Source: Bdellovibrionota bacterium
GTDB taxonomy: Bacteria; Bdellovibrionota_C; UBA2361; JBIKUX01
Length of the DNA: 56,048 nucleotides
Direction of reading: 5' to 3'
Assembly: GCA_044347345.1 (NCBI GenBank)
Contig: JBIKUX010000018.1
Coordinates: 1 to 56,048 of the forward strand
The notes beneath the pieces are model-generated. The model worked only from the letters and a program-made list of their open reading frames with translations, did no database searches and was not told the DNA's origin. Numbering within the stretch: the stretch's first letter is position 1; each line of letters opens with the position of its first letter. The position numbers and the translations under genes are program-made. Of this stretch, positions 8,618-17,977 are shown in pieces.

Positions 8618-11608
8618 TTAAAAGGCTTTTCTATCCTCGTAAGATTTTCCATACAATCTTCCAATGGCATAAGTTAGAAGAAATTTTGTACCAGGCCATT
8701 GGTTCTCACTAAGAAGATATTTTTTGCCGTATTCTAGCCCTCTTGTTAAGGCAGAGTCATCTTTCTCCTTAATCGCCCCTAAAAGAAAAGCTCCAATAGT
8801 AAAATTCTTTTTATCTATCCTTCCACTCTCATCTGCAAGAATTAATTTTTCTGCTAGTCTCATCATCTCTTGCGAATTCCTCATAGATATAGCGGTAAAA
8901 AAATCAAGCTCATCCTTGACCGAAGTAACATCGATACATCTGTTCCTAGACAATTCTTGCCAAAATGATTCAACTCCGACTGATTTAGGCAGCACTGAGA
9001 TGCGTAGAGCTGCATGCCATAACAAATGTGGTAACATTTTTCTTAAAGGTGTAGCACTCTTATAATCTTGCTGATCAAGTGAGCAATTTATCAAAGCTTT
9101 AAGTGCTCTCGCTTCTAAACTAACTCTATCCACTTTTTCTTCCCCGTCACCTGCAAGATACTCCCAGAAAACAAGCGGTTCATTCGCGATAGTTAGCATT
9201 TCTGAATTTTCAGTTTTTGGATGAAGTTCAAAAATCGATGAAGGTAAATCAAACATATCTCGCGATGGCAGCTCAGATGCCAAAAGCGATACTAGTTCCA
9301 CAGCACCATGCCCGAGAAACCGCGACTTTACTGCTTGATAAGCTGCTTTAGGGAAAAATTCTGAGTGCGGAAGTGTGGAATTTCCTAGGCTCCAAGTTTT
9401 AAGAATATCTCTATCTGCCACCATTACCCTATCAATTTGGGCTCCAGTTGAGAATCCAATCCTGTTGAGGGGTTCTATCATATCGGCTGGTATTTCTATA
9501 TTTGAAAAGGAGGATGGAAGTTTTTCTTGAGAGGCTAAAAAAAGAAAATCACTTTCACCAACATTAAATAACCTAATATTAGGAAATACTGATATTAACG
9601 GAGCAACAAAAGAATGTAATGTTGCGTCATCAGTTTCGTATATTTGAAGCCATTGCCCAAAAACCCCACCTTCATTAAGACTCTGAGCTACTACCTCATA
9701 GAATTCTTGAGAAAAAAGATTTGCTACACCACTCACCCAAGGATTAGATGGCTCAGAGATAATTACATCGTATTTTTTACTACTTGCAAGAAGTGTACTT
9801 CTTGCATCATCAAAAATTAATTCAACTCGCGGGTCTGTAAAGGCTCTCTCTACTTTTTTCCCCAGTAAACGAGCTCCTTCAACCATTGCAGGCTCTATCT
9901 CAATGGTTGCAACATTTTTTACTTTTTGATGTCGTAAAACAGAATCAAGTGACATACCCGTTCCAAAACCTATAATTGCCACTTCTTTGGGATCTGAGTG
10001 TGCTAATACAGGAACAGCGCCAGTAAGAACCATGGTACTCTCATCAGCACTTGCCTTAGCATCATCTAAAGAAAGACTGCCATCAACTTTACCGTTAGTT
10101 GCTATCGAAAGAAAATCTCTAATCTGAAATACAGATACTGTCGCTGTTTTACCCGCTTTCTGGAATAAAACTTTTCTACCATTGTTTTTGACAATACGTC
10201 CATATCTAAAAACCCCGGAAGTCATTCGAATAGGGTCAAATTCAACTAAACTACAAATAAAAATTACTAAAAATACACTTGTAAAAGCCAATAATTCACG
10301 TTTTTTCTCTTGCAAAAAAACACTCTTTCGTAAAAGAATGTAGCCAACAATACAATCAATTAATGCTCCCACACCAATTAACCATTTAAGTCCTAAAATC
10401 GGAATGAGTAGATGAGTTGCAACAGCAATTCCAGCAATTGAACCTAACGTATTTGCTGCGTACAGATCGCCAATTGCTTGCTCTGAACGTCGAATTTTTA
10501 AGAGAGCCGCAGAAAAAAGCGGTAGAGTCATCCCAGCGAATACGGAAGCAGGGAGCATTACAAGTAGAGCAATTGACTGACTTATCCCATTAAAAAGAAG
10601 GTATCCCTGATTATTTCTAACAAGACCAGAGTAAAGAAAGGCCATCAAATCAAACATTCCAGAGTAACAAACCAGCGAAAGAACAGCTAATAAAGCCATT
10701 ATAAGCTGTACACTACCGGAAAGCAGAAAAGGGTCGCTTGCATCAACCCTATTGCGGATGACTAATCCCCCTAATGCAAGTCCAAAAATAAAAGCCCCTA
10801 GCATTAGTTCAAAGGCATGTAACGAGGAACCGAGTACAAGCACTAGCAACCTAATCCAACCAATCTCATAACAAAATGAGGCAAATCCAGTACCAGCCGC
10901 AGCAAGTAAAAGAGTCCGAGATTTACTCTTCTCTTCTTGATTTACAAAACTTTTTTCAACTTCTGGTAAAATACGACTGAATTCATAACCATCTCTTTTC
11001 TTTGCCACCAACCATGCTGTAAGTCCGATCAAAGTATTAGAAAAACCGGCAAAGACACTTGTAGTTGGAAGCCCAAACTCGGGAATAAAATATAAACCAC
11101 AAACTAAAACTCCAATAGCAGCTCCAATACTATTGGAGAAATAAAGCATACTTAAAATGAAGCCTGTTTGTTCCTTCTCGACTCTTACCAGTGCAGCACC
11201 GATAAGTGGGAATGTCATGCCAAGCAAAATACTTTGAGGAAGAATTAAAAGTGCACACCCACCCCATTTAACTAAATCAGCAAAAATACCTCCGCTTAAA
11301 GCGGGTAAAATCTTAACTAAAAGAACATCACTAAATCCAAGGTACAAATAATGAAAGGCTACACCCAAGCCACCTAGAGCTATTTCAATAAGCGCATAAC
11401 CCTTAAGAGGTGAATTAAGTCTAACTGAGAGCTTCCCGGCTAACCATGAACCAATAGCTAAACCGCCCATAAAAATGCCCACAACAAGAGTTTGAGCATA
11501 AGCTGCATGACCCAACACTAACTTTAAATAATGTGACCAAATTGATTCGTAAAATAGGCCGACAAAACCAGAAACTGTAAAAATTACCAAAAGAGAAAAA
11601 CGCCACAT
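8618..11608 (-). CDS. Fused multi-TM (MFS-like)/spermidine synthase protein
   Basis: Two TM repeats (SGFVGLFYE, GFASFCYE) then SAM-binding IIGFGTG, IEIEP, DDAR, YDVIISEPSNPW. Confidence 0.88.
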   Translation of the reverse strand: MWRFSLLVIFTVSGFVGLFYESIWSHYLKLVLGHAAYAQTLVVGIFMGGLAIGSWLAGKLSVRLNSPLKGYALIEIALGGLGVAFHYLYLGFSDVLLVKILPALSGGIFADLVKWGGCALLILPQSILLGMTFPLIGAALVRVEKEQTGFILSMLYFSNSIGAAIGVLVCGLYFIPEFGLPTTSVFAGFSNTLIGLTAWLVAKKRDGYEFSRILPEVEKSFVNQEEKSKSRTLLLAAAGTGFASFCYEIGWIRLLVLVLGSSLHAFELMLGAFIFGLALGGLVIRNRVDASDPFLLSGSVQLIMALLAVLSLVCYSGMFDLMAFLYSGLVRNNQGYLLFNGISQSIALLVMLPASVFAGMTLPLFSAALLKIRRSEQAIGDLYAANTLGSIAGIAVATHLLIPILGLKWLIGVGALIDCIVGYILLRKSVFLQEKKRELLAFTSVFLVIFICSLVEFDPIRMTSGVFRYGRIVKNNGRKVLFQKAGKTATVSVFQIRDFLSIATNGKVDGSLSLDDAKASADESTMVLTGAVPVLAHSDPKEVAIIGFGTGMSLDSVLRHQKVKNVATIEIEPAMVEGARLLGKKVERAFTDPRVELIFDDARSTLLASSKKYDVIISEPSNPWVSGVANLFSQEFYEVVAQSLNEGGVFGQWLQIYETDDATLHSFVAPLISVFPNIRLFNVGESDFLFLASQEKLPSSFSNIEIPADMIEPLNRIGFSTGAQIDRVMVADRDILKTWSLGNSTLPHSEFFPKAAYQAVKSRFLGHGAVELVSLLASELPSRDMFDLPSSIFELHPKTENSEMLTIANEPLVFWEYLAGDGEEKVDRVSLEARALKALINCSLDQQDYKSATPLRKMLPHLLWHAALRISVLPKSVGVESFWQELSRNRCIDVTSVKDELDFFTAISMRNSQEMMRLAEKLILADESGRIDKKNFTIGAFLLGAIKEKDDSALTRGLEYGKKYLLSENQWPGTKFLLTYAIGRLYGKSYEDRKAF

Positions 11609-11704
11609 AAGGTCGCAAGCAGAAAATTAAGTTCTCCAATGTGATGTAGAATTCGTGAAAAAAGACCTAAAAATTTATTAATAGGGTCATATCAAAATAT
11701 CTTT

Positions 11705-12106
11705 TTAAAAAGGTTTATGCCTTACAAGCCAAAATATACCCCCTATTGCAGCAATTATAATAAACAAAAAAGGAGCAATCCATGCCAAAACATTAAAACC
11801 AATAAAAGATGGTAGTGGATTAATCTCTTCACCAAATTTGGTGAGCAAACTACTTTTAACCTCTTCTTTAGTCTTTCCGCTAGCTATCCAATTTTGGATA
11901 TCGGTTTTTAAAGATTGCGCAGCCGAGCTCGGACAATCTCTTAAAAGTCTTCCTGGGCAGAACGGGCTATTTATTTCAGCAGCTATCTCCTCAGCTATAG
12001 AGCGACTTTCGTGAGGAGTTATAACTTCTTGCGCTTGAACTACTAAAACTATCCTGAAAAGTAGTGTTATACTAACTAGAACGACTCCAATAATACTGAG
12101 CTTCAC
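11705..12106 (-). CDS. ccmH: Cytochrome c biogenesis protein CcmH/CycL family
   Basis: Signal peptide, SPFCPGRLLRDCPS, KFGEEI..P, C-terminal TM WIAP. Confidence 0.75.
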   Translation of the reverse strand: MKLSIIGVVLVSITLLFRIVLVVQAQEVITPHESRSIAEEIAAEINSPFCPGRLLRDCPSSAAQSLKTDIQNWIASGKTKEEVKSSLLTKFGEEINPLPSFIGFNVLAWIAPFLFIIIAAIGGIFWLVRHKPF

Positions 12107-12861
12107 AAAAATGCTCCATAAAGACGTTGATACTCAGCTATCCTAGCTTCTAATTCTGAGGAAATGCGCGAATTTAATTTATCATCTGTCCTTATACTGT
12201 CTAAAATTTGAACCAATGATAACATAGGCGTTATTATCAGGTTCATTCTTTCACTGATTTCATCAAGTGCTGATCTATTACCTCTGCTGTCTCCATCATC
12301 TGTACTATTGTAGCCTCGCTCTTGTCTATCAATCAGAACCACCATCTCTAAAATTTCAGCCTTAGTAGAGTTAATTAATGGAAGTACTTCTTTTAATGTT
12401 GAACCAGCAGTAATCACATCCTCAACTATAATCACTCGGTCTTTATCAGAAGGCACTGCACCTAAAAAAAGACTAACATCACCATGATGTTTTTTCTCTT
12501 TTCGATTGCTGGCAAATCGCACTGACAAGCCATAGTCAGTGGCTAAAGAAATAACTGTAGCTACTGCTATAGGAATTCCCTTGTAAGCAGGTCCAAAAAT
12601 AATGGTATGTTCTGGTTCAGTAATACGTGGTGCAAGATACCGTGCATATAGCTGCCCTAGTCTGACTATCGAATCACCAGAAGTAAGGGCACCAACATTA
12701 AAATAATAAGGAGACTCTCTTCCTGATTTTGTACGAAAGGAACCAAACCGTATTACTTCCTTTTCAACCAAAAATCTAACAATCTCTCTCCTATTATCAT
12801 CATCCATGGGTATTAATGATTTTTTGATTGCCATACAATTCTTTATCAGCAAGCTGAACAA
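12103..12861 (-). CDS. pyrE: Orotate phosphoribosyltransferase
   Basis: FGSFRTKSGRESPYYFN, GPAYKGIP, RKEKKHHG, VEDVITAG; real start may be a downstream ATG. Confidence 0.93.
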   Translation of the reverse strand: MFSLLIKNCMAIKKSLIPMDDDNRREIVRFLVEKEVIRFGSFRTKSGRESPYYFNVGALTSGDSIVRLGQLYARYLAPRITEPEHTIIFGPAYKGIPIAVATVISLATDYGLSVRFASNRKEKKHHGDVSLFLGAVPSDKDRVIIVEDVITAGSTLKEVLPLINSTKAEILEMVVLIDRQERGYNSTDDGDSRGNRSALDEISERMNLIITPMLSLVQILDSIRTDDKLNSRISSELEARIAEYQRLYGAFL

Positions 12862-13832
12862 ATTAAATCTTCTCTACCTAAGTTACTGTACAGTGCGCTT
12901 AGCCGACTCGATACAGCAACGCCTACATACATTGAACTTCCTATCGTAAAACTTAGTTCGCTACCATCTGCCGGTAAATATTGTGAGCGAACCAGCGCGA
13001 AACCTCTAACTACCGTACTACCACTGCTTAGGGCACTAGCCACCGAAACTACTTCACCTATCTCCTGACCATCAAAAATAATCACATCACCAACAATACA
13101 AGGATTAGAACCAACAAAGTGCATCAATAATTTTGGTGCTCGTCCTCTGGATACGACTTTTTCTACAACCTCTTGACCAACATAACATCCTTTATTAGGC
13201 GTTATGGCTAGATCCATGCTGGTCTCTTGGAATAATCGTCCAGGTCTTATTTCATCAGGAAAAGCCGGTATTCCAGCCTTAAATCGCAATTCTCGTAAGT
13301 GATCTCCATGATTATTATCAGAAAGCGAAAGAGATTCTAACAATGATTCTGCAAGCGATTTTGGAATTATAATATCCCAACCCCATACATTAGATCTAAG
13401 GGCTGACCAAAGAATAACTTGCTCATTCATTACTACGACTTCTGAAGGATTTTTAACAGTAAGAATCCTTCCACCAAGATTGCATGCTCCTACTACATGA
13501 AGCAGTACATAATCGGTACTCTGATCTTCGAGAGTCAGTCTGTCAGCAACTCGATATCTAAGGATAGGTTCAATCAACTCAGAGGAAGGCACACCACTTG
13601 TAGATAAAAGAATCTCTTCAGCTGAAAGCCGCACAATAGAAAAAAATGCCTCTGTCTTTCCTTGTGGTGAAAGTGCTGCTCCAAGTGTACATTCCCGATC
13701 ATTAAGTCTCTTAACATCACAAGTAAGTCGCGCATTGAGGTAACGAATAACATCTTTACCACGAAGCTTAAAAATACATGGAGAAGGGACGATTAAGCAT
13801 TCATCAATCATAAGAATATCAAGGCAAAACAT
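12846..13832 (-). CDS. ygfZ: Folate-binding Fe-S/tRNA-modification protein YgfZ
   Basis: Signature KGCYVGQE; GcvT-like N-terminus. Confidence 0.9.
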   Translation of the reverse strand: MFCLDILMIDECLIVPSPCIFKLRGKDVIRYLNARLTCDVKRLNDRECTLGAALSPQGKTEAFFSIVRLSAEEILLSTSGVPSSELIEPILRYRVADRLTLEDQSTDYVLLHVVGACNLGGRILTVKNPSEVVVMNEQVILWSALRSNVWGWDIIIPKSLAESLLESLSLSDNNHGDHLRELRFKAGIPAFPDEIRPGRLFQETSMDLAITPNKGCYVGQEVVEKVVSRGRAPKLLMHFVGSNPCIVGDVIIFDGQEIGEVVSVASALSSGSTVVRGFALVRSQYLPADGSELSFTIGSSMYVGVAVSSRLSALYSNLGREDLICSAC

Positions 13833-13841
13833 AGGTTAATA

Positions 13842-14486
13842 TCACTTAATTATGGTACCTATTCGGCTAAGTGTGGCTGAAGACCAATAAATTATAAATG
13901 CTCTCCCTTTTACATTATCAATGGGAAGAAAATTAGTGCCGTTCCAAAATCTAGAATCTTTTGAGCGATCGCGATTATCACCCAGCATAAAAAGATAGCC
14001 TTCAGGGACGACTTTGGGGCCAAAATTTCCCTCTGGAGAGCCTCCGTCTTCCCAGCGAGCGTATGACTCATCGATAAGACCGCCATTAATAAACACCTGA
14101 GACCCGCGAACTTCTACAGTATCTCCAGCAACGCCTATAACTCGTTTTATAATATTAGTATCGCTTTCATTCTGAGCTGTTAAAGGATCATCTTCCCTCG
14201 TAAACACAACAATATCGCCACGAACAGGGGAATTATAGTTAAAAAGAGATTTCTGAATTCCAATTAATCTTAGCCCGTAACTTAATTTCCAAACGAATAT
14301 ATGATCTCCAATACGAAGAGTAGGAATCATTGAACCGGACGGTATCCGAAAAGCTTCAACAACAGTTCCACGTAGAGCTAATGCGAGCAATAAAAGGATG
14401 GTAATGCTCTTCAAAAAAGAAAATATTTCTTTCTTAGTTGAAGAATTTGGGGACGCTTCGTTGGTTGATAATAATTTACTAATCAA
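13842..14486 (-). CDS. lepB: Signal peptidase I
   Basis: IPSGSMIPTL (Ser), IKRVIG (Lys), GDNRDRSKDSR. Confidence 0.95.
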   Translation of the reverse strand: MISKLLSTNEASPNSSTKKEIFSFLKSITILLLLALALRGTVVEAFRIPSGSMIPTLRIGDHIFVWKLSYGLRLIGIQKSLFNYNSPVRGDIVVFTREDDPLTAQNESDTNIIKRVIGVAGDTVEVRGSQVFINGGLIDESYARWEDGGSPEGNFGPKVVPEGYLFMLGDNRDRSKDSRFWNGTNFLPIDNVKGRAFIIYWSSATLSRIGTIIK

Positions 14487-14571
14487 GGAATCTTCACTCT
14501 TTAATAGGTAGGCCGTGAACTAATTTGCATATTACTGCATTTAACTAAGACTTTTTCACAGACCAAAGAAT

Positions 14572-14600
14572 AAAAAAAGCCTCCTCATTTCTGAGGAGGC
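14572..14600 (-). terminator. Intrinsic terminator
   Basis: 9-bp stem GCCTCCTCA/TGAGGAGGC with 4-nt loop, followed by U7 on the minus strand. Confidence 0.85.
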
Positions 14601-14677
14601 GGTGAAGAATGGAAATCGCCTAAAGTGACACCCACAAAGACTAGGTGGTGGTGTGGTGGTGGTGCGTGGTCTATTCC

Positions 14678-14998
14678 TTATGCGTGGTACTCTTGTCGCT
14701 TTCCAAAAACTACAGTACTACAATTAACTACGATATACTCATCATTTGAAATAACGGTTGATACGAAAATACCTGGTTCAAAAGCTCTTTGTTTAAGAAG
14801 CTCAATTTTCTTAATATCAGGTACTGATACATGGGCTCTTATTGAGAAATTAATTTCAATTTCAACGTGACCAGATTCCTCCCCTAAGAATTTTGTGATC
14901 ATTCCGTATATTGGGTAAGTTTGGCCAACCTTTACCTCACCAGCCGTTACCTCCAGCCCAAATTTTTCAAAAAAATCTGAGGTACTACTACTTTCCAT
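14678..14998 (-). CDS. Hypothetical protein adjacent to the DnaA-box cluster
   Basis: 106 aa ORF with globular composition, followed by a terminator. Confidence 0.6.
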   Translation of the reverse strand: MESSSTSDFFEKFGLEVTAGEVKVGQTYPIYGMITKFLGEESGHVEIEINFSIRAHVSVPDIKKIELLKQRAFEPGIFVSTVISNDEYIVVNCSTVVFGKRQEYHA

Positions 14999-15044
14999 GA
15001 TTATTACTTTTTAAAAATTTTTCTTGTTCGGTTTAGTTTAAGGC

Positions 15045-15263
15045 TTGCTGTCCACGTTGTGTGCAACCAACATGCACAGTTTGTATAACCCCTTTATCCG
15101 CTCTTTTTCTAACAGTGATCCACTGAACACTTTTATAAAGGAAAAGTTGTGGATAACTCTGTGGATAACTACTAAAACCTGTGGAAAATCTCTCTTCTTA
15201 TCCACAAAGATAAATTATAAACAACAATATTAAGCACTTATATTATTCCCAACCTGTGGAAAA
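15045..15263. other. DnaA-box cluster, probable oriC
   Basis: TGTGGATAA 15148-15156 and 15160-15168, TGTGGAAAA 15180-15188 and 15255-15263, TTATCCACA 15198-15206, weaker boxes at 15070, 15080, 15094, 15116; AT-rich flanks; IHF-like TATTAAGCACTTA 15228-15240. Confidence 0.75.
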
Positions 15264-16523
15264 AAGCATTGCTCCAGCACATGTTACGCCACATGTTCGC
15301 TCATAATTCACTGTCTGATGATATTGAATTACCCGACCATTGAGTGGTTTGCGTAATCGATCAAAGATATCAAGAATTGTATAAAGAGTAGGAAATCCAC
15401 AAATACGACGCGCATCTCCATCAACAGCTATGTGCTCAAAAAGACCTTTTGTATCATGATTACATACTAAATTTAGATATTGAGTATCTTTGCTCTCTAC
15501 CTGCGCCATGAATTCATCAGTAAGAGCGAAAGAATCGCCGAATTGAGCCCCCACATGAGCCATATCAACTCCAGCTAGTAAAATTATTGTACGCCCCTGT
15601 AAAGACCAAGTTTGATAAGTCTGGACAAATGCTGCAACAAAGCAGTTATACTCATAATCCTCATTAATACGTCGGGTAGAATCAACAAAACTGTGAAAAC
15701 TTCCAACTAAAATTGGAACAATCGTAACTTGTGGCAATGTCTCGGCAAGAAAAGGAAGTTGAAGCTCAAGAGAATGTTCAGAACGATGAACAATTTCCTC
15801 TTTAAGTAAACTTTCTTCAGGCGCACCAAGTGCCTTAGCAGCTCGAATGAGATCAGCTACAAATCCTCTCTCACAAGTAAAATTCTTTATCGGGTTGAGA
15901 AAATTTTTTGTTGAAAGATGAAATAGTCCCTCTGAATACTGATGGCTAGTACCGATCAAAACCACGATAGGAGAGGCTTCCTTAAAAGTCTGCCTAACAC
16001 CCTCAAGCTGAGAAAAAATAGCTCCGTAACATCTTCCTCCTCGATGGTAATCAAGATGGGGGCTCACTATAACGCTAAGATGTTCTCTTGGTGCTATGTT
16101 TGTTAAGTTAGAAGAACCCTCGCGAAGTAATCCTTGAATGTATACTCGCAAAGATTCTTTTTCCTGTGGATAAGCCTTTCCAGATAAAAAAGGTACTCGA
16201 TCAGCAAGAGATCGATAGTCAGCATAAACATCATTCTGACTAATGCGAAATCGCGCATTATCTAACAAAAGAGATTCATCCAAAAGATTAATAAAACCGC
16301 GAACAAATTTCTCTTCTTCTCCGACAAGACCAAGACGCTCAATAATTTGGTCTGTGGTGAGATTTCCATCACAAAGAGTTAGTACCGGTTTTAATCCAAC
16401 CGGTACTACGATAGGAGACGCTATTTCGTTAGGACACTGTATGAGAAATCCTTCAGTATTATTGAGTGAGGATACCGGAACAGTGGTAACCCGAAGGGGC
16501 CATCGTAATTTTGGTTTATCCAC
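15243..16523 (-). CDS. amrB: AmmeMemoRadiSam system protein B (MEMO1 family) with N-terminal extension
   Basis: SPHLDY, GTSH, EHSLELQLPFL, VDMAHVG, ICGFP. Confidence 0.85.
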   Translation of the reverse strand: MDKPKLRWPLRVTTVPVSSLNNTEGFLIQCPNEIASPIVVPVGLKPVLTLCDGNLTTDQIIERLGLVGEEEKFVRGFINLLDESLLLDNARFRISQNDVYADYRSLADRVPFLSGKAYPQEKESLRVYIQGLLREGSSNLTNIAPREHLSVIVSPHLDYHRGGRCYGAIFSQLEGVRQTFKEASPIVVLIGTSHQYSEGLFHLSTKNFLNPIKNFTCERGFVADLIRAAKALGAPEESLLKEEIVHRSEHSLELQLPFLAETLPQVTIVPILVGSFHSFVDSTRRINEDYEYNCFVAAFVQTYQTWSLQGRTIILLAGVDMAHVGAQFGDSFALTDEFMAQVESKDTQYLNLVCNHDTKGLFEHIAVDGDARRICGFPTLYTILDIFDRLRKPLNGRVIQYHQTVNYERTCGVTCAGAMLFSTGWE

Positions 16524-16578
16524 AAAACAAAGATCCTGTTTTAAAATATAGGTGATAATTAAAGCAGAGAGACATCAA

Positions 16579-17970
16579 TTATTTTCCTATACAATAACGA
16601 GAAAAAATTCGTCCAAGAATATCTTCATTATCAGTTAGACCAACTAGTTCAGATATTTGTTGTAAAGCATGCCTTAACTCAGCTGATACTACCTCAAGAG
16701 GCAATTCTTCCAATAAAGCTGAATGAGTCCTATTTAGCGCATCGCAACAGCGTACCAAAAGATGATGATGACGTTCTTCTGTAATAACTACGGCACTAGT
16801 GCTTAAGTCTTGCTGATCTTTAGCATTAGCAAGAATCTTTAATATGACACTATCAAGAAGCTCATTTATCCCACTACCCGTAGTTGCAGAAACAAAAATA
16901 ATATCATCATTCGTAAAATTATGTTTTTGATGTAGAAGATCGCTCTTATTAACTACTGAAATAACTGGTCTAGCACTATGATTTAACTCTTCAGCTAAGC
17001 GTAAAGTAGCACTATCTACTTTTTGCAGAGAACCATCATAAATTAAGACGATTATGTCCGCCCATTGAAAACGATTACGGGTACGTAGCACCCCAGCTTG
17101 CTCAATAGGGTCATCTGAATCTCTGATACCAGCGGCGTCACAAAGAGTAAATGAAAATCCATTGTATCGACATGTCTCTTCAATAAAATCACGCGTGGTA
17201 CCAGCACGATCTGACACTATGGCTCTCTCAATTCCAAGAATCTTATTGAGTAAACTTGATTTGCCAACATTTGGCACACCACAGAGCAAAATTTTTATAC
17301 CCTCTCTCAACACACGCCCTCGGCTATAAGTGCTAATAAGCCGAGATACTGTCGCTATAACTCCACTTAAATTTAAAGCTAACCGCTTAGGAGCAATGAG
17401 TTCTATATCTTCTTCTGGAAAATCTAAGGCCGCCTCTATCTCTGCTAAAATATCACGTAGAGGTTCAGCAATTTGATTTACCATTAACGATAATTTTCCT
17501 GCAAGGTGTTCATGAGCCACTGCAAGACCTCGTTCGCTTGCAGCACTTATTACCTGCCCAATCGCTTCAACCTGAAAAATATCTAATTTTCCATTAAGAA
17601 ATGCTCTCTTGGTAAACTCTCCTGGTTCAGCTAAGCGAACTCCAAGATTAGCTAGCGAACGAAGCACTAATTGAGACACTAAAACACTACCGTGAAGGTG
17701 AAATTCAAGAACATCTTCACCAGTAAATGACTTAGGAGCACAAAAAAAAACAACTAAGCCGGTGTCAATTATTTCCTTAGATATAGATGAAATTACCGAA
17801 GCAGAAATTAAAAAACGAGGTGAGAGTAGTGGAGATCTATGACTTAATATCATCTCATTGATAACATTCTGAACCAACGGTCCAGACACGCGGACTATCG
17901 CTACTCCTCCAACTCCTGGAGGAGTAGCTACGGCGGCAATCGTATCAGAAGCACTACTCATAGAGCGCAC
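16579..17970 (-). CDS. mnmE: tRNA modification GTPase MnmE
   Basis: DTIAAVATPPG, SFTGEDV, GEFTKRAFLNGK, GVPNVGKSS, GTTRD, NKSD, C-terminal CIGK. Confidence 0.97.
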   Translation of the reverse strand: MRSMSSASDTIAAVATPPGVGGVAIVRVSGPLVQNVINEMILSHRSPLLSPRFLISASVISSISKEIIDTGLVVFFCAPKSFTGEDVLEFHLHGSVLVSQLVLRSLANLGVRLAEPGEFTKRAFLNGKLDIFQVEAIGQVISAASERGLAVAHEHLAGKLSLMVNQIAEPLRDILAEIEAALDFPEEDIELIAPKRLALNLSGVIATVSRLISTYSRGRVLREGIKILLCGVPNVGKSSLLNKILGIERAIVSDRAGTTRDFIEETCRYNGFSFTLCDAAGIRDSDDPIEQAGVLRTRNRFQWADIIVLIYDGSLQKVDSATLRLAEELNHSARPVISVVNKSDLLHQKHNFTNDDIIFVSATTGSGINELLDSVILKILANAKDQQDLSTSAVVITEERHHHLLVRCCDALNRTHSALLEELPLEVVSAELRHALQQISELVGLTDNEDILGRIFSRYCIGK

Positions 17971-17977
17971 TCTCTTA

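Noticed and set aside
8618-11608. Large membrane/spermidine synthase fusion as a novelty
   Set aside because: Widespread known architecture
14365-14380. parS-like AGTTCCACGTAGAGCT in lepB
   Set aside because: About four mismatches to consensus and inside coding sequence
14644-14663. Chi-like GGTGGTGG octamers
   Set aside because: Chi sequence for this lineage is unknown and the orientation would be lagging-strand if the adjacent cluster is oriC
14625-14870. + strand ORF, and a possible His-attenuator reading of the CAC repeats
   Set aside because: ORF is antisense to a better gene; the CAC run has no start codon and no his genes follow
15045-15233. 62-aa + strand ORF
   Set aside because: LWITLWIT is just the translation of DnaA boxes; non-coding origin-like DNA
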